This document shows, piece by piece, positions 43,333 to 50,790 of a stretch of 64,000 nucleotides of DNA (the stretch's first letter is position 1; the number at the start of each line of letters is the position of its first letter). This DNA is from Minisyncoccota bacterium (GTDB taxonomy: Bacteria > Patescibacteriota > Minisyncoccia > Phycocordibacterales > UBA2100). The position numbers were made by a program, and so were the translations under genes. The notes under the pieces are model-generated. The model was not told the DNA's origin. It saw nothing but the letters and a program-made list of their open reading frames with translations, and made no database searches. Location: positions 20,635 to 84,634 of the forward strand of contig DATDXU010000002.1 of assembly GCA_036517195.1 (NCBI GenBank). Direction: 5' to 3'.

Positions 43333-44397
43333 ATGAAAAGTCAAGATGTTGTATACGTTGGTCTTTCGGGTGGAGTGGATTCCGCCGTTTCGGCGGCGCT
43401 GTTACAGAAACAGGGGTATGACGTCGTTGGTGTTTTTATAAAAATATGGCAACCGGAATTTTTGGAATGCACGTGGGAGAGAGACCGGCTTGACGCTATG
43501 CGAGTCGCGGCGCATCTTTCCATACCATTTCGAGAGATTGATTTGTCGCAAGAATATAAAAAATATGTTGTTGAGGAAATGGTCGCCGGATACAAGCGCG
43601 GCGAAACTCCAAACCCAGATACGGCCTGCAATCAGTACATAAAATTTGGCACTTTTTTTGACTGGGCGCGAAATGAAGGTGCGTCATATGTTGCGACGGG
43701 TCACTACGCGCGTATAGGCACACGAGAAAAAAAATATACACTCTTACGCGGGAGCGACACGATGAAAGATCAGTCGTATTTTCTCTATACACTTACACAA
43801 GAACATCTCGCTCACGCCCTGTTTCCGATAGGGGATATGAAAAAAAGTGACGTGCGTATTTTGGCGGGAAAAATGAGCATACCGACGGCGCGCAAGCCCG
43901 ACAGTCAGGGGTTGTGCTTTGTGGGAGATGTATCTATGGGCGAATTTCTTTCTCGGTACATTCCGCAAAAAACTGGAGTTGTAGAAAATATGAAGGGTCG
44001 TGCGATTGGTACACACGGGGGGGCCGCGCTGTACACCACGGGGCAAAGGCACGGCTTTTTCGTATTTAAAGAAGAGAACATTCCACACTTCGTTGTTTCA
44101 ACGGACACGAAACGCAATGTCATAATAGTGTCTTCCCGCAAAGAACAGTGGGCGACGAAAAACGTTGCGCTTAGAGATGTGCACTGGATTTCAGGGGCGC
44201 CGAGTGCGTCTGAAAGAATAGTGGTGGAAGTGCGGTATCGCGGTCGTGCAACTCCGTGCACGGTTACAGATAGGGTGGGCAGGGCAGTGGTGGCCCTTGA
44301 TGAGGCATGTGTTGTTGCTTTAGGGCAAGTGGCCGTGTTCTATCGAGAAGATGAGTGCCTCGGTGGTGGCACCGTGTCGGGTACATATCTTGGGTGA
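43333..44397 (+). CDS. mnmA: tRNA-specific 2-thiouridylase
   Basis: PP-loop VYVGLSGGVDSAVSAALL, a Cys at about position 100, and a C-terminal barrel region typical of MnmA. Confidence 0.9.
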   Translation: MKSQDVVYVGLSGGVDSAVSAALLQKQGYDVVGVFIKIWQPEFLECTWERDRLDAMRVAAHLSIPFREIDLSQEYKKYVVEEMVAGYKRGETPNPDTACNQYIKFGTFFDWARNEGASYVATGHYARIGTREKKYTLLRGSDTMKDQSYFLYTLTQEHLAHALFPIGDMKKSDVRILAGKMSIPTARKPDSQGLCFVGDVSMGEFLSRYIPQKTGVVENMKGRAIGTHGGAALYTTGQRHGFFVFKEENIPHFVVSTDTKRNVIIVSSRKEQWATKNVALRDVHWISGAPSASERIVVEVRYRGRATPCTVTDRVGRAVVALDEACVVALGQVAVFYREDECLGGGTVSGTYLG

Positions 44398-44465
44398 TTG
44401 ATATTCCACAGAGAATGACATGAGTGCACGTTTGGCGCACGGGGGTCAGGGTACAATGAAAGCAC

Positions 44466-44879
44466 ATGATGATGACGTATGGTGTTCTTCGACGGCTCGC
44501 GTGGATTGCAATTGTTGCGAGTTTTGTTGCATACAGTACCTATTTTGTGCTCGGGGGTGCAATTGAAGCAGATGCGTCTTCGGCCTTAAAGCGCGTTGTT
44601 GCTCGTGACATTATTCAAAATGGGGCACATCATTTGAGTGGTATGGTATTCGTGCCGAGCGGATGTCATGAACTATCTACCAGTGTTCAGGCTCTGGATT
44701 CTGTAACGAATGTAATTACATTTGAAACGTGGGAAGCGCCCTATGTAGAATGTGTCCGGGAACCCGTCCCGAGAGCATTTCGTGTTATAGCATTTGCACC
44801 GTCTCCCGATACGCGATTTTTTGCCACCCTTGACGAAGAGGTCATACCTTTTGTAGTTATCGTTGTCGACACGCCATAA
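44466..44879 (+). CDS. hypothetical membrane-anchored protein (137 aa)
   Basis: One N-terminal TM helix. Ends 2 nt before the next gene, so it is operonic. Confidence 0.45.
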   Translation: MMMTYGVLRRLAWIAIVASFVAYSTYFVLGGAIEADASSALKRVVARDIIQNGAHHLSGMVFVPSGCHELSTSVQALDSVTNVITFETWEAPYVECVREPVPRAFRVIAFAPSPDTRFFATLDEEVIPFVVIVVDTP

Positions 44880-44881
44880 CT

Positions 44882-45706
44882 ATGGAACACATTCTAATTA
44901 CCAAGGCAGATGGGGAGGAGGAGATATTTAATCCAAACAAGCTCGCGCGCTCGCTCGAACATGCCGGGGCTTCGCGTGAAGCGCAAAAAAAAGTGCTTGC
45001 GCGCGTTATGGGGGCACTGCGTCCACTCATGAAAACAGAAGAAATTTATCGGACTGCGTTTGAGGAGTTGCGGCGCGTGGAAGAAAAACCAATTGCGGCG
45101 CGCTATTCAATAAAACGCGCCGTGCTTGATTTGGGGCCATCGGGATTTCCTTTCGAACAATTTCTTGCCGAAGTATTGCGGGCGCATGGGTATGTGTGCC
45201 GTGTCGGGGTGGCACTGACGGGACGGTGTGCTCCGCATGAGGTAGATGTGCTCGCCGAAAAGGGGGAGAGGCGCATTGGCATTGAGGCAAAGTTTCATAA
45301 TGACGCGAGTGGGAAAACAGATATCAAAGATGCGCTCTATGTCCGTGCGCGATACGACGATTTGGCGCATGCCCCGGAAGCGTCTTCGCGTGTGAATGAG
45401 TGGTGGCTTGTTACGAATACGCGCTTTACATACAACGCAATTCAATATGCGCAGTGTTCAAACCTCACACTCGTTGGCTGGGATTATCCGCGGACGAAAA
45501 GTTTAGTGGCGCTCATCGAAGAGGCGCGCGTGCACCCACTGACGTGCCTCACAACATTGTCTGAAGGTGAAAAACGCCGATTTTTAGAAGAGAGAATTGT
45601 GTTATGCAAAAATGTGCAGACACCTCACTTGCTCAGGGAGTATGGGGTGGAACCGAATCGCATTCCGGACGTTCTCGATGAGGCGAAGCGCTTGTGCGGA
45701 ACATAG
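44882..45706 (+). CDS. ATP-cone domain fused to a Mrr/restriction-endonuclease-like PD-(D/E)xK nuclease domain
   Basis: N-terminal HILITKADGEEEIFNPNKLARSLEHAG...ARYSIKRAV fits the ATP-cone (V.KRDG..E.F...KI ... Y..Y). Then EVDVLAEKGERRIGIEAKFH (D...ExK) and WWLVTNTRFTYNAIQYAQ...TLVGWD resemble the Mrr catalytic core. Confidence 0.6.
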   Translation: MEHILITKADGEEEIFNPNKLARSLEHAGASREAQKKVLARVMGALRPLMKTEEIYRTAFEELRRVEEKPIAARYSIKRAVLDLGPSGFPFEQFLAEVLRAHGYVCRVGVALTGRCAPHEVDVLAEKGERRIGIEAKFHNDASGKTDIKDALYVRARYDDLAHAPEASSRVNEWWLVTNTRFTYNAIQYAQCSNLTLVGWDYPRTKSLVALIEEARVHPLTCLTTLSEGEKRRFLEERIVLCKNVQTPHLLREYGVEPNRIPDVLDEAKRLCGT

Positions 45707-45728
45707 GGGTGCTGTAGCATGTATACAT

Positions 45729-46232
45729 ATGATCGGACCGGAACTTCTCCTTGTTGACCCGACGCTCACCACAGTTGGCAAATTATTGTTCGCGGCACTT
45801 CTCGGTGCCATTATGGGAACGGAGCGCGGAGTTTTGGCGCGCCAGGCGGCAGGGACCAGAACATTCGCACTCGTTGCTCTTGGATCATGCCTCCTTGTCG
45901 CCACGTCCATGCAGGTGGATTTGGCATACCTTGGATATTCTAATTTTGATCCCATGCGTGTCGCCGCCGCAATCGTGCAGGGTATAGGATTCATAGGAGC
46001 GGGCATCATCATCTTTCGCGGAACGACAGTGCACGGCACGACGACTGCCGCGGGGCTCTGGATGGCGGCGGCTGTCGGTATTGCAGTCGGGTATGGATTT
46101 TACACACTTGCCATGGTTTCAACACTCATAACACTTATCGTGTTAGTTGTGATGTGGTACATTGAAAATCGTTTCAAACAATGGTTTGCGGAAAAGGCGT
46201 CTCAAGGAGACGAGGGAATGCGTTCCAGCTAA
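45729..46232 (+). CDS. MgtC/SapB-family membrane protein (membrane domain only)
   Basis: LLFAALLGAIMGTERGVLARQAAGTRTFALVALGSCLL is the MgtC family signature. Confidence 0.8.
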   Translation: MIGPELLLVDPTLTTVGKLLFAALLGAIMGTERGVLARQAAGTRTFALVALGSCLLVATSMQVDLAYLGYSNFDPMRVAAAIVQGIGFIGAGIIIFRGTTVHGTTTAAGLWMAAAVGIAVGYGFYTLAMVSTLITLIVLVVMWYIENRFKQWFAEKASQGDEGMRSS

Positions 46233-46274
46233 TTTTTCTCACGTTTTGAAATATAGTGCGGTATACTATTTTCC

Positions 46275-47081
46275 ATGCCCCGCGGATATCAAAAGCGCAC
46301 GCGCGGATTATTTGATCCGAACTCAAAGGAACCATTCCGTATTAGTCGTTCAAAAATAGATTTATTTATTGACTGTCCGCGCTGTTTTTATTTGGATCAA
46401 CGACTCGGTGTGAAGCGCACCGATTTCCCGGCGTTTACACTCAACAATGCCGTCGATGAATTATTGAAGCGCGAGTTCGATATACACCGCGCGAAAGGAG
46501 AACCACATCCTCTTATGAGACAGTACAAGATTGATGCGACCCCGTTGAACGATCTGCGCATGGAAGAGTGGAGAGACGCTCTTCGCCGCGGGGTGCAATA
46601 CCACCACGCAAAAACAAATTTAATTGTGCGCGGCGGGGTGGATGATATATGGGTAACGCAGGGTGGGGAATTTATCGTTGTTGATTACAAGGCAACATCT
46701 AAAAAAGACGAAGTGTCCCTTGATGGGTACTGGCAACAGGCGTACAAGCGACAAGTGGAAGTGTACCAATGGATTTTGCGCGGAATGGGGGAGCGTGTTT
46801 CCAATGTGGCATATTTTGTATATGTGAACGGAAATAGTGATGCTGCATCATTTGACGGTAAGTTGGAGTTTAGTGTTACTGTTCTTCCGCACAAAGGGGA
46901 TACATCGTGGATTGAACCAACGATTATTGAAATTGCGCAGGTGTTGAGGGGAGACGCGGTGCCGGAGCCAAAAGAAACATGCGAATACTGCGGATACAGG
47001 GAAGCGGCAGGGAGAGAGCTTCAGGCGCGTGTTGGACCAAAAAGCAAAGCGCGCAAAAGTTCTCCGACACTCGGTATCTAA
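46275..47081 (+). CDS. Cas4/RecB-like PD-(D/E)xK nuclease with four-Cys cluster (standalone, no CRISPR locus)
   Basis: N-terminal CPRC and C-terminal CEYC form the Cas4-type Fe-S ligands. Motif II GGVDDIWV, motif III IVVDYKAT (DxK) and the QxxxY-like QVEVYQWIL. Confidence 0.65.
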   Translation: MPRGYQKRTRGLFDPNSKEPFRISRSKIDLFIDCPRCFYLDQRLGVKRTDFPAFTLNNAVDELLKREFDIHRAKGEPHPLMRQYKIDATPLNDLRMEEWRDALRRGVQYHHAKTNLIVRGGVDDIWVTQGGEFIVVDYKATSKKDEVSLDGYWQQAYKRQVEVYQWILRGMGERVSNVAYFVYVNGNSDAASFDGKLEFSVTVLPHKGDTSWIEPTIIEIAQVLRGDAVPEPKETCEYCGYREAAGRELQARVGPKSKARKSSPTLGI

Positions 47082-47097
47082 GTTTTTGGCCAGTCAA

Positions 47098-47130
47098 TAT
47101 CAAGGGCGGTCTTTGATATTTTTCGTTTTC
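47098..47130 (+). terminator. terminator atatcaa-gggcggtct-ttgatat + T-run
   Basis: 7-bp stem followed by ttttcgtttt. Confidence 0.5.
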
Positions 47131-47219
47131 TGGACAACGAGCGCACTGTGTTGTATGATTCATTTCAGTATGATGCTGTTTTCGGCATCAAGAGTGGAAC
47201 ATAAGAACGGGAGCAGGAC

Positions 47220-48212
47220 ATGAATACGAAGGGGATTAGCATAAACTTTGACCGTCTGGGTATGGTTGCGAAGCATCTTGCTGGCAGACCATACTCTGCG
47301 CCGTTCAATTTTTACTCCATCACGAACGCGTCTGGTGAGTCGCCCTTGCTCACGCAGTTCCCATCGCCCATTCAGGGGGAGCATGCTGTTCTCGAATTCT
47401 TTTTTGCCGAAACTTTGCAAGAGCATGGTTTTTGGCAAGAAAAATACGGGCGGTGGCAATCATCCATTCGGGGAACTATTAATGGGAAGAAATTGAAAGG
47501 TTCAGACCTCATGTGCCATCTACTGATGTTGGAGTTGAGGAAAAGTGAGACACAGTTTAAGCCTTCGACACTCGCCACCATGCAGTTCAGTCGTTTTATG
47601 GAAATCATGCATGACGATCTCGGTGCTATCGATTTTCCTGATATGCCGAAACGGTATATGTTGTGGCGTCTGTATGCCGAGTGGATGGTTTCTCGGAGTG
47701 AATCGCCCCACGGCATCATTGAGAAGGCGCGTGAATCAAAAACGCCGGCACAAACATTCCTCGGACTTCTGAAGGAGATACCGGGATTCAACGAAGACCC
47801 ATTCCAAAAGAAATCAAACCTTCTTCTCATGTATGTGATGAATCGTCCCGAACGATTCATCGTTCCAGAGCTCGGGTTCTCTCTGCCTGCGATGATTGAT
47901 TACCACGTGATGCGTCTTCTTCTGCGCTTCGGCGTCGTGTGTCTTTCCGCAGAGTTGCGCATTGAAAATCAGGCGCGGAGTGTCATATTGGAAGAAAGGG
48001 AAGCGACTATTCGCCATGTGTGCGAAATAGCGATGAACGAACTTGTTTCTCGCTCTAGGCTTCCGATGTCGGAAGTTGATGCACTTTTGTGGAATGGACG
48101 GGAGTTTTGTCTCGAGGCGACCGAACCTGATTGTGGACGATGTTCTCTTCGGGCTGTGTGTGCTCAAGAAACAAAACTCTTTCAGCCGGTGTACCGAACC
48201 ACGCACTACTAG
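47220..48212 (+). CDS. divergent HhH-GPD-superfamily (EndoIII/MutY-like) glycosylase-like protein with C-terminal Cx7Cx2Cx5C motif
   Basis: MIDYHVMRLLLRFGVV parallels EndoIII vDTHvfRv.nRlg. C-terminal CLEATEPDCGRCSLRAVC parallels the EndoIII [4Fe-4S] loop Cx6Cx2Cx5C. The overall sequence is very divergent. A queuosine-salvage (DUF2419)-like identity could not be excluded. Confidence 0.45.
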   Translation: MNTKGISINFDRLGMVAKHLAGRPYSAPFNFYSITNASGESPLLTQFPSPIQGEHAVLEFFFAETLQEHGFWQEKYGRWQSSIRGTINGKKLKGSDLMCHLLMLELRKSETQFKPSTLATMQFSRFMEIMHDDLGAIDFPDMPKRYMLWRLYAEWMVSRSESPHGIIEKARESKTPAQTFLGLLKEIPGFNEDPFQKKSNLLLMYVMNRPERFIVPELGFSLPAMIDYHVMRLLLRFGVVCLSAELRIENQARSVILEEREATIRHVCEIAMNELVSRSRLPMSEVDALLWNGREFCLEATEPDCGRCSLRAVCAQETKLFQPVYRTTHY

Positions 48213-48268
48213 AAAAAACTGTACGGCCCCGCGCACGCGAGGCCGTTTTGTTTTGCTATACTCGGAGT

Positions 48269-48523
48269 ATGCAAACATTTAGAGACAAAGTGCGATGTAT
48301 TGTTTCAAAAATCAAACGAGGTGAAACGCTGACCTATGGAGAAGTTGCTCGGATGGCGGGAAATTCGCGTGCGGCACGTGCCGTTGGCGCAATCATGCGC
48401 GCAAATCGAAGCAAGAGTGTTCCGTGTCACCGAGTCATTTTCTCCGACGGAGGGCTTGGTGGATATAATCGAGGGGGAACGAACATAAAGAGGTATATTT
48501 TGAAACAAGAAGGCGCTCTATGA
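48269..48523 (+). CDS. MGMT-family (methylated-DNA-protein-cysteine methyltransferase) DNA-binding/active-site domain protein, stand-alone
   Basis: YGEVARMAGNSRAARAVGAIMRANRSKSVPCHRVI has the PCHRV active-site motif. Only about 85 aa, corresponding to the C-terminal domain alone. ggag SD. Confidence 0.75.
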   Translation: MQTFRDKVRCIVSKIKRGETLTYGEVARMAGNSRAARAVGAIMRANRSKSVPCHRVIFSDGGLGGYNRGGTNIKRYILKQEGAL

Positions 48524-49119
48524 TGAAGGCGGATATACACGAAGCAATGAAGCGTGTTCGAGACGACGTTATTGCTCTTGGGGGCGAACTTTCTACATAT
48601 AGAAAACAAAATAATTATTTTCCCGTGCTCGGAGAGGGGAGCCACACGGCAAAAATCATGTTCATTGGGGAGGCGCCGGGCAGGAATGAAGCAAAAACGG
48701 GGCGTCCATTTTGTGGAGCGGCGGGGCGTATTTTGGATGACCTTTTAGCGTCTATTGGTATGCCACGCGAAGATGTGTATATCACAAACATCGTGAAAGA
48801 CAGACCGCCGGAAAATAGAGACCCGTTGCCTGTGGAAATTGAATTGTACGCACCGTTTTTAGACAGACAAATTGAAATTATTCAACCGAACGTTCTTGCG
48901 ACACTCGGCAGGTTTTCCATGGAGTACATCATGCGAAAGTTCGGACTCTCGTTTGAATTGGAGTCCATCAGTAACGCACACGGAAAAGTGTATGATGCGT
49001 CAGCTTCGTACGGTCCCATAAAAATTGTGCCCCTCTATCACCCCGCGGCGGCTATATACAATCAATCGCTCAAAGGCACCCTCAAAAAAGATTTTCAGGC
49101 GCTCAAAAAATTGCGGTAG
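48520..49119 (+). CDS. uracil-DNA glycosylase, family 4/5 type
   Basis: GEAPGRNEAKTGRPFCGAAGRILDDLL is the UDG4 motif. A second motif region is ...PLYHPAAA. ATGA overlap with the preceding gene. Confidence 0.85.
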   Translation: MMKADIHEAMKRVRDDVIALGGELSTYRKQNNYFPVLGEGSHTAKIMFIGEAPGRNEAKTGRPFCGAAGRILDDLLASIGMPREDVYITNIVKDRPPENRDPLPVEIELYAPFLDRQIEIIQPNVLATLGRFSMEYIMRKFGLSFELESISNAHGKVYDASASYGPIKIVPLYHPAAAIYNQSLKGTLKKDFQALKKLR

Positions 49120-49140
49120 TCTCTTTTGTAATAACTCCTT

Positions 49141-49851
49141 CTACCAAGGTCTTACCTTGGTAGAAACCTTGTCGTCTTCCGAATGTGCGTATATTTTTGC
49201 CTCTTCAATTAATTGTGACACAGATTGAGGTGTCTCCAAGATCTCAAGGACGGCGTCTTTGTTGATGAGGGAACTTTCTGGGCGGATTTCATCTGAACAG
49301 TAATCAGGGAAACTCGAATAACGATATTTTGATAAAAAAGATCTCAATCTCCTTTCATTTCTGACTACGCCTTTTTTCCAAGCAGACTCGATCAATTCGG
49401 CTGGGTTTGCGTGGATATAGCTTACGACTCTGTTGAAATTTTGGTCGGACACGATTCGTTTTGATTTAAAAGCACCCTGAAACAAAGACCCACTACGTTC
49501 GTACTTAATATTGAAGTACATTGCATACCCCGTTCCCACTCGACGCATAAAAGATGTTATGCCTCCAGGGTCGTGTTCACGTAGAAGTAAGTGATAATGA
49601 TTTGACATGAGACAGTATGCGCCAATGTCTACTAGTGTTTCTTTTCTCTCAACTGTCGCCATAACATCTACTAAGGTCTTACCTTGGTAGATGTTGCTGA
49701 CATGAATTGAATCGTGACTGTTGCACGCATAGAGGAGCATCAAGAAGCGCTCATGGTCTTTTGGATTCTCAAAGATGGTGCGCTTTTCAACGCCACGGTT
49801 GAAGCAGTGATACCACTCATTTGGTGCGAAGGGTGATGCGCGTTCGGCCAT
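49141..49851 (-). CDS. IS200-like / REP-associated tyrosine (Y1, HUH) transposase
   Basis: HUH motif CLMSNHYHLLL and catalytic-Tyr motif VVSYIHANP. Length 236 aa. The stop codon lies inside the left palindrome. Confidence 0.75.
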   Translation of the reverse strand: MAERASPFAPNEWYHCFNRGVEKRTIFENPKDHERFLMLLYACNSHDSIHVSNIYQGKTLVDVMATVERKETLVDIGAYCLMSNHYHLLLREHDPGGITSFMRRVGTGYAMYFNIKYERSGSLFQGAFKSKRIVSDQNFNRVVSYIHANPAELIESAWKKGVVRNERRLRSFLSKYRYSSFPDYCSDEIRPESSLINKDAVLEILETPQSVSQLIEEAKIYAHSEDDKVSTKVRPW

Positions 49852-49901
49852 ATGCTTATGATTATCATAGCATATTTTCTACCAAGGTGACACCTTGGTA
49901 G
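49141..49901. mobile_element. IS200/IS605-like RAYT element: HUH Y1 transposase gene flanked by GTAG-terminated palindromes ctaccaagg-N6-ccttggtag (49141-49163 and 49879-49901)
   Basis: Identical 9-bp stems on both flanks. A third, near-identical copy (ctactaaggtcttaccttggtag) lies inside the CDS at 49668-49690. Confidence 0.65.
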
Positions 49902-49981
49902 AAGGGGATTGTTGACTTATAAATCCAATCGTGGTACATAGATTCTAGTCATCAATCTTACAAAAGAAGGAACACGCGGCA

Positions 49982-50680
49982 ATGTGGAAACGTTTCGCAC
50001 TGTTTGCAATGCTGGTTTTTTCTCTTATGTCTGTGTCGCTGACGTTTGCTTTTGCAGACACGAATAAGGCGCCGAGCTACGAGCTTGCCAGGAGCATCCT
50101 CGGCAAGGACTTCATTTCCCCAGAGGAAGTCACCACCGCACGCGGCGTCACCTATACCGACGAGCAGCTCGCCACGTTCCGCGATACGCTCCCGGCGCAG
50201 GAGGTGCTCGAGTGGTGCCGCAACAATGGCATGATGCTTATCGCTGGTCCGCCGAAAAACATGTCGCTTCTCGACGTTCGCGCGCTCAAGACCGACTACT
50301 TCTACACGAAGAAAAACAACTGGTACTCGAGCAAGAGCGAGAGGTTCGCCAAAAACGACAAGGCCGAGCCGGTCTGGATCGCGCTTCGCAAGAAGCCGGT
50401 TGAGCGTTCGTTCAACAAGGATTGGAACGAGCAGAAGGAGCTCGTCGCCCCGCCGAATGTGGTCCCCAATGTCGCTGAGTTAGTGTGGGCGCTGACAACC
50501 TACAAGGCGGTGCGGGGTGTCTACCTGCTCCCGAACGTCTACGTGAGGACTTCCAGCGTCGACTCGGACGGCGACCGCGTGGACGTCGGCCCTTTCGCTG
50601 CCGGTGGCCTCCTCGTCGGCCACTCTTGGGACGACGACCGGCTCTCCCGCTTGGGCGTTTCGGCGTCTCGGAAGTTCTGA
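49982..50680 (+). CDS. hypothetical secreted protein on a GC-rich (~60%) segment
   Basis: Signal peptide MWKRFALFAMLVFSLMSVSLTFAFA. GC rises sharply after about 50040. Alternative-frame ORFs in this region are composition artefacts. Confidence 0.55.
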   Translation: MWKRFALFAMLVFSLMSVSLTFAFADTNKAPSYELARSILGKDFISPEEVTTARGVTYTDEQLATFRDTLPAQEVLEWCRNNGMMLIAGPPKNMSLLDVRALKTDYFYTKKNNWYSSKSERFAKNDKAEPVWIALRKKPVERSFNKDWNEQKELVAPPNVVPNVAELVWALTTYKAVRGVYLLPNVYVRTSSVDSDGDRVDVGPFAAGGLLVGHSWDDDRLSRLGVSASRKF

Positions 50681-50725
50681 CCCTCGAATTCTTGAGGACC
50701 TTGATCCTCTTGAAACCCTTGAGAG

Positions 50726-50759
50726 CCCTTGCGCGCCAGCGCGGGGGTTTTTTCTTTTT
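50726..50759 (+). terminator. terminator cccttgcgcg-cca-gcgcggggg + T-run
   Basis: GC stem followed by ttttttcttttt. Confidence 0.55.
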
Positions 50760-50790
50760 GTATTTTTTTGAGTAAGGTATGATTAAAACA

